Part shown: piece after piece, positions 52,198 through 64,000 of the stretch
How the letters are laid out: the number at the start of each line of letters is the position of its first letter
How positions within the stretch are numbered: the first letter of the stretch is position 1
From: Octopus vulgaris
Taxonomy: Eukaryota
Length of the DNA: 64,000 nt
Direction of reading: 5' to 3'
Assembly: GCA_951406725.2 (NCBI GenBank)
Contig: OX597814.1
Span: forward strand, 163,866,001 to 163,930,000
The notes under the pieces: generated by a model
Database searches by the model: none
What the model saw: only the letters and a program-made list of their open reading frames with translations
Told to the model about the DNA's origin: nothing
Position numbers and translations under genes: made by a program

Positions 52198-53912
52198 CGA
52201 GTAACAAAGATGTACAGGTGTCAATTCATTACGGCTGTTTCAAACGACTCCTTTAATTGATTAATGAAAACATCATTGCAAAGAAACCGTTTTCGTCAGA
52301 TGACTGCATAAACTTCAAACAACACAAAGGATTAACCAACTGCTTTAACATATTCGTATCACCAGATGGAGCTCAAATATTTACAATCTATACTCTTTTC
52401 ATAAAATTCACTCTATACAGTAATTTTATATTCTGATTTTTTTTTATGCATTATATTCATTATGTGATTATAGAACTAAATTTGTTTAAATATTGTCTTT
52501 GAATGCACTCCTTTATCTCTCTATATATAAAGCTGAAATTGTCTGTGTACGGCAGGTTTGGTAGCCTGCAACTAACACTATCACCTCCGAGACCCTGCGG
52601 CGCAAGTTGACCAAAATTGAGAGTATGATAGAAGAAGGCTTGCTCTTCATTCCGTAGTAGAAAAAATTCAAATTGGACCATGTTAACACCAAAACTTATT
52701 TACATTAAAAAGGTGCTTTATTTTCTAAGAAAATCCCTATTTTTTACGATTTTTTGACTTCTGTGTCACCATTTTTCGGTGTATTTCAACCAGAAAAATG
52801 TTCACTTAAAGAGAATAACAAGCTACATAATGCAAAAGTTTTACTTTTCAAAAATTCCAATTCTAAAGGGTCGAAACAAACCCGAGCAACGCCGGGCGAT
52901 ACTGCTAGTATATTTATATATTTATATCTCTTATCGACTTACCCTACGCTTTATATCTCATTTCTTACTATATCCTATCTTTACCCACCCATATTTAACG
53001 GGAATGGTTTTAATATCAATTTAATGTATGCTATAAGTATGTTTATATTATAAATAATTCCATTTTACATTCATCATATAATATTTTACCAGGATATTCT
53101 ATACACTGTATTTATGAAAAGTCTTAATATTTCTCTTAAATCTTAAAGTATTCCCTTATTAATATTTTAAGTGCTAGCCTTCATCTATATATTTAATTGT
53201 ATTTTGCTTTAACGTTATAAATATGCTAAGTTACAATGTGCTCCCACCCTTATTCTCTGAAATTTCTTTCACCCTTAATTTCTAGTACTTATTCCTTCAG
53301 TTTTTCATTACCTTACTCTTTAAGTTGAGAATCAAAATAAGTATTGTTAGCCCTTCATGTCCTTCTTTCTTTCAAATATCACCCCTTCCCCATCAGGCAT
53401 TCCCTTTTTTACTACCCCAAGTCTTACCCTTTGGTGTAGACAAAGCCAGGTACAAGGTCCCGGTACTTAGTCTAGTAGGCCGTCATGTTTTTTGTCTTGA
53501 ATCACCTTTGTCTCCCAAAAGATTTAATTTTGGATGGTTGAAGACTACATTCCCCCTATTGTCTTCGAAGTGTAGGTAACTACGACACTATTCTCAATTA
53601 TTTCTCCCCCACTACCGTCATTATAACCTCTACTAACCTCTAAATTCTTGTAGGTTCGACACTGCATAGACTATTTTCAAAAATTTATTCTGCCAAAGAA
53701 ATAGCAACGGAATCAATGTAAATATTTGAGCTCCAGCTGGTGATACGAATATGTTAAAGCAGTTGGTCTGTCCTTTGTGTTGTCTGAAGTCTATACAGTC
53801 ATATGGGGAAAACGGTTTCTTTGCAATTTGCAATGATGTAATGTTTTCATTAATTAATTAAATGAGTCGCTTGAGACGGCTGTAATGAATTGGCACCTGT
53901 ACATTTTTGCTA

Positions 53913-53917
<5 letters not shown>
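52198..53917. mobile_element. Old element, or pair of copies, with ~190-bp diverged inverted repeats (52198-52386 / ~53716-53917)
   Basis: GAGTAACAAAGATGTACAGGTGTCAATTCATTAC...GGAGCTCAAATATTTACA versus its reverse complement; the right end abuts (TA)n. Confidence 0.8.
52516..52908 (+). mobile_element. Non-autonomous Helitron
   Basis: A|TCTCTCTATATATAAA 5' end; subterminal hairpin CCCGAGCAACGCCGGG; CTAG|T 3' end; no TSD. Confidence 0.88.
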
Positions 53918-53944
<27 letters not shown>

Positions 53945-53946
<2 letters not shown>

Positions 53947-54135
53947 TATTATTTGTTGAACCGTTAATCCCTAAACAATTTTTTTCTCTTTCAGTTCTCT
54001 TTTTCCTCTTAATCCTTTCTGTCGAAGAGCTTAGGTTCGAGACGTAAAAGACTTTTCCCATTCTTCCCGAGCATTAAACTGCTTGTTGTTCCTACACCTG
54101 TCTTCGTCTTTTTGTTCTCTGTAAATTTGAAATAT
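53945..54135 (+). mobile_element. Penelope-like element terminal repeat (pLTR) relic
   Basis: TTTCTGTCGAAGAGCTTAGGTTCGAGACGTAAAAG resembles the CTGANGA..GAAAC signature of Penelope termini; flanked by (TA)n. Confidence 0.5.
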
Positions 54136-54148
54136 ATATATATATATA

Positions 54149-54786
54149 CTAGCAGTATCGCCCGGCGTTGCTCGGGTTTGTAAGGGAAATAACTATATAA
54201 GCATTTTTAGAGAGTTATAGCCAAAAAATAGCAAAATATGCATTAAAAATGGAAAAAAATATGATGGTAAATTTTTTTTTAAATCGTTGACTCATCGTAG
54301 ACATTTTTAGAGAGTTACTTCCCTTATATAATAGCGAAAAAATGCATTAAAATGGAAAAAAAACGATGGTAAATTTTTTTTTAAATCGTAGACTCATGTA
54401 GACGCTTTCTTAGCCATTTCTGTTTTGGTGTCTTCAAGCCATGAAGTCGTTGTTCTAAAAGAACACTGGTCTCCTTGACAACGCATTACGACGTTGATTT
54501 CCTTACACTCCCTTCCCCACAGGTGCAGGTGTGAGCGTGGACGCCAACTCCGCTGCAATCGACACACGAAAAATTATGCATTAAAATGGAATAAAAAATG
54601 ATGTTAAATTATTTTTAAAATCGTAGACTCATCGTAGACGCGCGCTAATATTCAGACGGGCTCGATATGAATCACGACTATAAGCTACCCGAATTTGGTT
54701 AAACTGTACCGCAAAATGTGGGAGTAGTTAGGAATCTAAATCGAAGGGGACAGACACTCACACAACTACAGTTTTATATATATAGA
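54149..54786 (-). mobile_element. Non-autonomous Helitron with internal tandem subrepeats
   Basis: Reverse complement starts TCTATATATATAAAACTG and ends CAAACCCGAGCAACGCCGGGCGATACTGCTAG|T, the same 3' end as 52516-52908 with a different interior. Confidence 0.88.
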
Positions 54787-54789
54787 TAT

Positions 54790-55222
54790 ACATAGCGCAG
54801 TAGTGGTGAGATATGACAGCAAAGAAAAGCATACATTCACTCTCTGCATGCAATTAGACTCGGAAAGTTCGTGAGGAACCCATTGACCCAATTTGCTGAC
54901 TTTTCCGATAGCACACAGGTGTCAATGAATGGTTGAATGACCAAATCCAAGCTTCTCTGCTAGTTCCTCAACAGTTACGATGATATTTTGTTCCACCAGG
55001 GTTTTCAGGATGTCCTTGTCGAGTTCTACAGATCTTTCAGGATGAGGCTCGTCTTCTAGGCTGTAGTTTATGGCTCGGGATTTCTGGAACCACCATTGAC
55101 ACTGCCTTACGCTTATTGTCCAATCCCCATATACTGCATTAATATTTCTTGTACTTTGCACACATTTATATTCTGTTATTCTTTTATATGTTTCAGCCTT
55201 GAGGTTGTGGCCATGCTGGATC
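54790..55222 (-). mobile_element. Mariner (DD34D) transposase N-terminal relic
   Basis: RNINAVYG...SVRQCQWWFQK...SLEDEPH..R...TVEELAEKLGFGHSTIH...KLGQWVPHELSE; cut by the Helitron. Confidence 0.88.
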
Positions 55223-55556
55223 ATGTGTGTGTGTGTGTGTGTGTGTGTGTCTATCTGTCTGTCTGTCTGTATGTATATATGTATATGTATGTGTGTGAAC
55301 AATAATATTTTCAACAGGTGTTGCAAATGTATCTGATTGTTCTCAAGCTTCAATACTGTGTGTGTGTGTATGTGTGTGTGTATGTATGTATGTATGTATA
55401 TGTATGTATGTATGTATATGTATGTATGTATGTGTGTATGTATGTATGTGTGTGTGTATGTATGTGTGTGTGTATGTGTGTGTGTATGTATGTATGTATG
55501 TATGTATGTATGTATGTATGTATGTATGTATGTATGTATGTATGTATGAGTGTATG
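55223..55556 (+). repeat. (TG)n/(TATG)n microsatellites
   Basis: Seen directly. Confidence 0.95.
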
Positions 55557-55967
55557 TTTACTTTATTACTAATTACTCTCTTCCAAGAACATTTTCACTC
55601 ACTCTTAGCTCTTAGCTTCCCATACATTTTACTCATGTATCTATCAGCGTCATAGACAGAATACTTTCACTTTAGTCTTCCTCAAATCACTCTGTCGCTA
55701 TTTACTTTCATTTTATTCGTTGCCCACTGTGTGTGTGCGTTTGCGTGTGGTGTAAACCAGACTAAGAAAAGCATTTGACACACACACCAGAATGTGAGTT
55801 TTCTGTATATTTTGCTTAATTGGAGTTTAAATTTTAAAAACTGGACCTGGCATGACGCGATGCATTGTACTCTTAAAAATGCCAGGTAAATTGTAATTGA
55901 ATAAATCCTATATTGTAGATTTGTATAACTCCCAAAGGGAGGCAGATAAAATCTGCCTTTTATAGTA

Positions 55968-56008
<41 letters not shown>

Positions 56009-56009
<1 letters not shown>

Positions 56010-56087
56010 ATTAAAACAGTTTGATTCAAACTAGCGTCACGCTTGAAACTCAGAGTGCCAAGAAGTTTGAATCAAACTGTTTTGATC
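56009..56087. repeat. Short hairpin with 24-bp inverted arms, each arm internally palindromic
   Basis: GATTAAAACAGTTTGATTCAAACT / AGTTTGAATCAAACTGTTTTGATC (23/24 match). Confidence 0.88.
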
Positions 56088-56132
56088 CATACATGTAACT
56101 CCCAATAAATGTGTTAAGTGTCCTTTCGTTTG

Positions 56133-56184
56133 TCTAGTCACTCGTATATATATATATATATATATATATATACGAGTGACTAGA
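56133..56184. repeat. Perfect 52-bp palindrome centred on (TA)14
   Basis: TCTAGTCACTCG-(TA)14-CGAGTGACTAGA. Confidence 0.93.
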
Positions 56185-56189
56185 TTAAG

Positions 56190-56378
56190 CTTTCAAATTT
56201 TTGCACAACACCAACAATTCTGGGGGAGGGGTAAGTCGATTACATCGACTCCAGTGATCAAATTGACCTCGAAAGAATGAAAGGCAGTCAAACTCAGCAA
56301 GATTTGAACTTAGAGCGCAAAGACGGACGAAATAACGACAAATATTTTATCCGGCGTGCTAACGATTCTGCCAGGTCT
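56190..56378 (-). mobile_element. SINE family A, diverged
   Basis: aagtcgattacatcgac...ccggcgtgctaacgattctgccag. Confidence 0.75.
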
Positions 56379-56380
56379 CC

Positions 56381-56413
<33 letters not shown>

Positions 56414-56599
56414 TGTGTTAGATATTAAAATGGCAAGGGAAACTGTGTTGGACAAAATAATGGAAACACCGCTTCATATTTAACTACTTTTTTTCTGTGG
56501 TTTATACGATAATTGAAACTTGTTATAGCCATCTGATTTTCTTCCTTTCTTTGCAGATATTTATATTTTGATAAGTTAAAATGCGTGAACCATCTAAAT

Positions 56600-57424
56600 T
56601 CCAACAAAAAGGTGAAACTGTTTGAGCGCGGGTGGCTGGAGCTTCAGTTACTAAAACTGCTGAATTGTTAAATGCTTCGAGAGGTTCAATCTCCAAATGT
56701 TAGCATTCCAAAACCAAGGTAAATCCAGCTCTAGCAAGCAATTTCTGAACGGAAGGTAACGTTCACGAAGATGAACCACAAAAGCAGTGAAGTGTACCGT
56801 GCCAGAAACCATCGGACTTCGGCAACAAAAATGACAGCAAATCTAAACAAACCACCTTACTAACTTTGTGTCAAGAAAAACAATTCATCTTGAGCTCCAT
56901 GATGCTGGATATAATGGAAGGGTTGCAATTGCTAAACCTTTCCTGTCCTCCATCAACATTGATTAGTGGAAAAATTTGGTAGACTCTCAGAAGTGATCAA
57001 TGGTTCGCTGGAATAATGTCATTTTCTGATGAATCCTCATTCACCCTTTTTTCACACTCCAGAGTGAGTTTATGCCAGGAGACACCCCAATGAACGTTTG
57101 GTACTTACATTGAACCGGCTATACATGCCTTATCTTAGGGGCATCCATACATAGTTTCCTGATGGTAGTGCTATCTTCTAGGACAACAATGCGCTGATTC
57201 ACACAGCTAATGTTATTCAAAATTGGTACGAAGAGTACAAAAGTGAAATGGGAACTTTTTCCCTCTGCTATCTTTGCTGAAAGAGCTAAAGCAGGTTTTA
57301 CTTGAAGTATGACTCATGATTCTTTCTAACAACCGATGTCCAATGCCAAAAGTGGAGCAACTGTGTATTAAATAACAAAACTTCCTTTTAGTAAGGTGTT
57401 TCCGTTATTTTGTCCAACCTTTGT
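56600..57424 (+). mobile_element. Tc1-family relic with right TIR
   Basis: ARVAGASVTKTAELL, ELHDAGYNGRVAIAKP, NVIFSDESSFTLF and F*DNNALIHTA; ends GGTGTTTCCGTTATTTTGTCCAACCTTTG|TA. Confidence 0.82.
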
Positions 57425-57567
57425 AATATATATGTAAATGGGTGTGTATATATAAGTGTGTCTATATATATAAATATTAAAATAGTCTTTGTCTGCGGTT
57501 TATAATTCTTATCTTGTTCCATCGCATCTGTCTTCATGTGTGTGTGTTTGAGTATAAAAGAAAGAAA

Positions 57568-57869
<302 letters not shown>

Positions 57870-58211
57870 GTGGAGAGGTGTTTATTAACCGCAGACAAGT
57901 TGTCTTGTGTCATTGTTGCTCGCAGCTCATTCTTACTTCTGTTTAGCTGTGATAATGATCTTCCACTTGAGCAGTTTTTTTTATTGTTGTTTTGTTTCAT
58001 TTTGTCTTTGTTTTGTTTTTTAGCTGCTATTAAACTTTAAAATAGCAACAATATTCAACAGTTGGAAATTTTAATTGAATCATGTCTTGAAGGTGACCTA
58101 CTACTGACCTTCTTGGCATAAATAGATGCTATTTTATAATTTTATAGAAATAGGAATCACCCACACTACATTACACTCTACACTCTCACTACACTCGCAA
58201 ACACACATATA

Positions 58212-58354
<143 letters not shown>

Positions 58355-58830
58355 GGCGTGCTGGCAGAATCTTTGGCACGCTGAACTCAATGCTTAACGG
58401 TATTCTGCCCGTCGCTGCGTTCTGAGATCAAATTCCTCCGAGGTCGACTTTGCCATTCATCGTTTGGTGGCGGATGAAATAAGTACCAGTTATATGCTGG
58501 GGCCGATGTAATCGACTTATCTCCTCCCCCCAAAAAAATCTCAAGCCTTGTGCCTATAGTAGAAAGGATTATTATTATGATTATTATTATTATTATTATT
58601 ATTATTATTGTTGTTGTTGCTGTTGTTGTCAAGGCGGCGAGCTGACAGAATCGTTAACGCGCCGGACGAAATGCTTAGCGGTATGTTCTGAGTTCAAATT
58701 CCGCCGAAGTCAACTTTACCTTTTATCCTTTTGGTGTCGATAAAATAAGTATGAGTAGAACACTAGGGTCTATGTAACCGACTCGTCCCCTTCCCACAAA
58801 ATTGTTGCCCTTGTAGCAGAATTTGAAACC
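58355..58830 (+). mobile_element. Two SINE family A copies separated by (TTA)/(TTG)n
   Basis: Heads at ~58355 and ~58631, each with the core. Confidence 0.8.
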
Positions 58831-58899
58831 ATTGTTGTTGTTGTTGCTGTTCGTCTATCGACACATGTTCATCGCTCCCAAGGCGAATAAAAATTGTTC

Positions 58900-61800
58900 G
58901 TTCGCTGAAAATAACAGCCAAGTCGTAAAAGACAATGGCAGTTTTAGCAACAGCAGCAGCAATAACAACAACAACAACAACAGTAGCGTATTTGAAATTT
59001 ATGAAAGTAAATTTTTGTTGCTTTCAGCACCACCTTCACCATCATGGAAACAACGAAAGAAACCAATGACAACAAAAAGCGACAACACCAGCGAGAACAC
59101 TACCACCTCCACCACCATCATCAGTGGCAACAGAAAACTCACCACCACCACCACTTCCATCAACATCATTAGCGAAATAGACAACAAAGAAAACGAACCA
59201 GGCAAATCCACACTTAACGATTTCGCGCAAGCGATGAGACAAGTAAGCGAAGACATTTTTATAAACGAAAATGAATTCAAAAGTGTTAAACGTATGTTGG
59301 AGAAATATGGGAGAAATGTAGCAGTAAATGTTCCAAGATCTATCCAGTGAGAAACCAATTTGCAGACAGTTCTACATAAAACAAATGGAGCAAAAAGTAG
59401 AAGAGGGGAGCAGGCAACACATAAGCCAATTGAAAAATGTTTACGACCAATTTGGTAGAGCAAGACATGTAGCCAGGAAGAAAAAGTGTGGAACTGTTGA
59501 AGTGAGGTTCGTCTCAGAGGAGGACGCCAAAAATCACTCAACAGCCGCCCTAACGAGTGATGAACTCATCCTCATCTCCATTTACCTTGGTCGAGGGGTA
59601 ATCAAAATAAGGATACTAAATATACCACCAGAAATTAACATCTGCTGGTTGGTGGCTGCAGTTCTCATCGACATAGAAGATAAAACCACAATTCTGCAGA
59701 TACTGAGAATACAGAAGCAGAACTAGTTAGGACAGGGTATGCAGTTATTAATACAGGCAGATCAGCCAAGGGTCGACTGTTGAGTGCAGAAGGCCGAGAT
59801 GTCACTTGTGCGGAGACACAGATCACCTCAAAGCTCTCTACACTCAACGAAAGAGAGAAAGGATCTCCCACTCCATTTTTGCCGACACCATCGCCACAAT
59901 AATAACAGCAACACCGACAGAAGCAGGTGACAACTATAGGTGCAGAAATAATAATAATAATAATAGTAACAGTAGCAGCAATAGCAATCACAGCAACACC
60001 GACGGTAGTAGCAGCAACAACGACAAGAACAACATTGGAAGCAACATCAGCAAACAGAACAGGGAACTTACCAACATCTATGGCTTCCACGTGCCAGACA
60101 GCAGTTAAAAGAACTGCATCAAAATCCCCCAAAATAACAAGAACTTTATCAACAGAACAACATCAAAAATCTCCGCAAGATATGTCGCTGCCCTGTTCAG
60201 AGCAGTCAGGCATGTCATATAGTGAGCGGGACGACGAAGAGCCTAAATAGCAAAAAGTTGGCAGGTCAAACAAAAGTAAAAGAAATAAAAACACACCGAC
60301 GTCAACACAAAAATCTGACAGGTATAATCAGAGGGGTGAGTTGCCTTCGAGAAGAAATACACAAATGCCACCCCAAATAGCAGCCACACTAGTGCCGTCA
60401 ACAACAGCATCCTCACCACTACCATCACTACTACCATTATCACAGACACCACCATCACGAGCACCACCCAATTCACACACACTACTCTCAGATCGCACCT
60501 CCCAATACCAGCAAAATTCAAACGTTATTAACTACACAGTAATAAACACAAACGATAAAGAACTGGTGGAACACATGCATAGCCATTCAGACATCATACA
60601 CCGATTTTATCAACCCAACAAACAACATACCAACACAAATAAAAGTCATCCTAACAGCACAAAACGCGACACTGAAGGAGTAGGGGCTTTCAGGACAAAT
60701 ATCACTAAAAGACTGTGTAAAGAACTGTTCGTGGAAATATCCACATACAGCCATAGGAACTGAACATCCATCTCCGCGTCGTCAAAAATTAAAGTAACCT
60801 TTCCCGCATTTATTTTTTATCCTGACATGGCCTTGCTTAGGATAGGTAGCATAAATGCAAGACAGCCAGATTTCTCCAGACGTCTGGAGGCTTTCCTAGG
60901 AACGTTCCGAACTTTAGTGTTAGTGAGCGATTGGAACACCGTCTTAGAGCCACGTTTGGACTATGTGGGGCTAGTGGAAGAGGGGGTAGTAAAATTCACG
61001 CAAACCTCCTCAGGCATTTCCAATTGACTGACAAGTGTCGACTTGATTTCCTAGATATGCCAATGTGGATATGAACGAATCGCATCCGGTCGTCCAGGTC
61101 GTATCTAGACAGTATATTGTAGGCTAGTTGATGAAAATAGTATATGCTGCCCACTTTTCACAATCGTCTACACAGACCACAAATATGTGATGCGTATGGT
61201 CGACCTAGATAGACTTAGAATGCAGGGACTCGGTTACTGGAAGCTGAACGCATCATTCCCGGCGTGCCAAGTTTACAGAGACTGGATTAGAGAATTAGTT
61301 TAGTGGGCGTTGACGGAGCCAATCGTCAACAACAAATGATGGTTTGCCCTGAGAAGGGCAATAAGAAGATAATCAGTTAGGTTTAGTAAGGCATTAATTG
61401 TTGAAAGAAATAAAATAGAAGGGAACTTAAGTAGAAAGTTAGAGGAGGCGCTTAGGAAAGGTATTGCCATCGACGTGCTGGCCGCGAGATTGGCCCTGGA
61501 CCAATTCTTCAACGCTAAGCACGAAGGTTGCATTGTCAGAGCCAAGGTGCGTGCTCTAAGACAAGAGAGAAGGAAAGCCGCTCGATGGACTTGAGAGACA
61601 GAAGCGCAGCGTGACTAAAAATCCACAATTCGGTTTTTGAGTGTACAGTAGTCCCGCTTGAGCAAATGTGTGCGGCATTTCAGAGCACTTCGCCCAACTG
61701 TTTGAGATGAATGGCATCCTGGAACGCAGGATGGACTTCAGTGCCTACCTCGACGGCATATCATGACTCTTGGCATGTCGGGTGGAGTGTTGCTAAATGC

Positions 61801-61900
61801 CGATAACAACCGCGGAAATACGGGATGCAATGACGGGCCGCACGAGGGGCAAATCGCTTGGCTTGACTCTCTACAAATGTTCGGTCATCAACTTGTTTAG
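58900..61900 (+). mobile_element. Tx1/L1-clade LINE relic: ORF1, APE endonuclease and start of RT; 3' end lost
   Basis: ORF1 remnants GTVEVRF.SEEDAK, KIRILNIPPEI and knuckle CGDTDHLKAL; APE motifs SINAR, LVLVSDWNTVLEPRLD, SRSYLD, YTDHK and GYWKLNAS; RT-proximal ITTAEIRDAM...GKSLGLD. Confidence 0.82.
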
Positions 61901-61919
61901 AAAATTCAGGACTCCAGAG

Positions 61920-63108
61920 ATTGTCGAAGAGTTGATGTTTGACGGCGAGAAATTGTGTTGTTGCTAAGTGCATTTGTTTAGATAATTGTTTCCAGTTTCT
62001 TATGCATTACAATTTAAGTCTAAGTAAGATGTGGGATTTACCAGCCTTTTCGGCCACTGACGCAATGTTGTACGACGCAATCATCTGTTATCTTACTGCG
62101 TAGTTGCTTTCTGAAATTCCGATATCTACGTTTTCCGCTTTTCGAATGAGGTCTTAAGTTGTAAGAAATATGACAAAGGTTTTTCCATCTGGTCAGCCTG
62201 CTTAGAATATAAATGATACTGTAAGCATAAATGCTTCATGGTTCCGTTGCTTAAAGTTTGGTTGCACATAAGACACATAGGTTATTGACTGTTCTGAGGA
62301 GAAACGATAGAGCCCCATAAGATAAATAATCAATACTGTATTGACGACAAATTTTCTTCAATGGAGACATTGGAATATTTAAAAATCGTACATACACAGA
62401 GAAAATTGTAGGAACAGTAGATAAAAAAAAATTTCGTTCACAAAGTTACATTGCTACAGGAAGAGCGTTGCAATCACTTGGCAGTCAAATCAATCCGACA
62501 ACTTCAAACGGCTGTCTGTTTATATGAATATGTGCATTGAGCTGTGAACAGGTCCCTTCTTGGGGTTCTCATATTTTATTTGGCACTGTCATCTGCACCT
62601 CCTTGTCTACAATCAGTCGGTTGAGTTCTTAGAGGTCACCACCTGTGTTAGTTTTATGCCTACTCTTTCGGTGCTGACGGTGTTGATGAGTTTATACTGA
62701 GATCGCTTCTCAATTTTACTGATAAAGTTGTTTTTGATCTCTTATCTAGTTTAAATACTATTTCGTCCGAAGAACTATTTTAATGTTATCATCTCTTCTC
62801 AAAACTATAGAAAATACCAAAATGCTTTTTGTTTGCGGGTGAGTATGTTTATACCTTATCTAGGAATGTGACCCGGTTATTCCCAATAACTTCCTGTTTT
62901 TTGTTGTTTTTTTAAACAGGTTCTTTGCATATCTCCTTTGAATATTTCTTCAGTTAGCATATGGTGAATTAACTTCTTAATACTCAAACTCCTATATCGC
63001 CAACCAAAATTCCCAATCGCCCATCATTTTCTGATCAGTTGCTCATCGCCCACCCGACAGTTGAAATTGCCCACCGATAGATGATTTCACCCAGGTTGGG
63101 AAACCCTA
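61920..63108 (-). mobile_element. hAT Buster/Charlie (ZBED5-like) transposon 5' relic
   Basis: Minus strand begins TAGGGTTTCCCAACC (hAT-type TIR). Coding remnants DYLSYG...PMCLMCNQTLSNGTMK...KPLSYF, IASYNIA...KAGKSH and LSNNTISRR. Confidence 0.82.
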
Positions 63109-63454
63109 CTCTCCACCCTACTGACATAATCTAGAGACAAGCCAGGGCAAGATATCCAGTACCAGTATGGTCATAGGCTCAAGAATGTGGAAGCACCATT
63201 ATCTCAAACGCAAAAAAAAGATCTCCAAAATACTAACTGTCATTTCCTGCATATCAGAGTGACTTTCTTCTGTTAGAGACATGCTTTAACAAAAGCCAAG
63301 GGATGCCTCACGCCCAGTGGTCTTCCAGCATGCCAGACACCAACCCGAAATTTCTTAGGGCCCGTGCTATTGCTTGATAGTCGTTGAATCTAGGTTCATC
63401 CGTTCTTTTGACAGCTTCTTAACCATACAGCCTATGCCTGCGCCTAAAGGTGGT

Positions 63455-63550
63455 GCTCACAGCACCTACGTTTCCCAAGCGATCACCTATCTCTCTACTA
63501 ACTAGGGTCACCGTAGCTTAACTTCGATAATCGTCATATGGGTAATCAGT
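63455..63550 (-). pseudogene. 5S rRNA-derived segment (pseudogene or SINE3-type head)
   Basis: Reverse complement CGATTATCGAAGTTAAGCTACGGTGACCCTAGTTAGTAGAGAGATAGGTGATCGCTTGGGAAACGTAGGTGCTGT aligns with the 3' two-thirds of 5S rRNA (GAAGTTAAGC...GTTAGTA...GGATGGGTGACCGCCTGGGAATACC.GGTGCTGT). Confidence 0.78.
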
Positions 63551-63844
63551 AACGACTCTAGTTCTCATTTATCAGATATCAATCAAATAAATAATATTTA
63601 AAATATTAAACTTTATCATCAGTTTTTATTATTTCATCAATTTAAAAAGATATTTTCTTCGTCTCTATACTCGTCATCCAAAAAAATTCCAATTTTATTT
63701 CTAATGAACAATTTTCTCTGTGACCTAAAAGCCTTCAGATGTTTATTAGATTCTTGAACGGGGAGTAATTCAAAATATCTCGGTAAAAATCACAGCGTTT
63801 CGAAAATCTTTGCCAAAGTTAACATTCTGTTATTATTAACATGT

Positions 63845-63875
63845 GCAGTAGCAGCAATAAAAATTGGTGCAACAT

Positions 63876-63911
<36 letters not shown>

Positions 63912-64000
63912 ACAGCAGCAATACCAACAGCGGTTGTAGTAGTAATTGTTGTTGTTGATAGTGGCGGTCTTGCTGTTGTTATTGCTATTGCGGTTGCTTC
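63845..64000 (+). repeat. (TAG)n/(CAG)/(TTG) low-complexity tract
   Basis: Seen directly. Confidence 0.85.

Noticed and set aside
63455-63550. Functional 5S rRNA gene
   Set aside because: The 5' third is missing or diverged, the C box has substitutions, and there is no T-run terminator or tandem array

Overview
AT-rich eukaryotic (animal) DNA with dense microsatellites. The SINE families and repeat landscape look like an octopus or other coleoid cephalopod (inference, not verified by search). There are no prokaryotic features such as operons or CRISPR. Only one host coding exon is supportable: a minus-strand first coding exon (10751->10010) encoding a signal peptide, a CSYT motif and a coiled coil. 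It is typical of angiopoietin-like/fibrinogen-related secreted proteins, and its downstream exons were not found in the window. The rest is intron or intergenic DNA filled with transposon relics: at least four SINE families, several R4/Dong-type REL-endonuclease LINEs sitting in (TAA)n, (GAA)n and (TACA)n arrays, Tx1-like, RTE and CR1/L2-like LINE relics, Tc1, mariner, hAT-Buster and Chapaev3-like DNA transposons, and two non-autonomous Helitrons. The most unusual structures are a foldback element with a degenerate telomeric TTAGGG core, a 5S rRNA-derived segment fused to a tRNA-type SINE head, a 204-bp apparently perfect inverted duplication, a SINE dimer inside one TSD, and a hairpin cluster with a hammerhead-like CTGATGA next to an RTE relic. 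I do not see a clear new multi-gene system. Almost all ORFs in the supplied track are microsatellite or SINE artefacts. Boundaries of degenerate elements are approximate.
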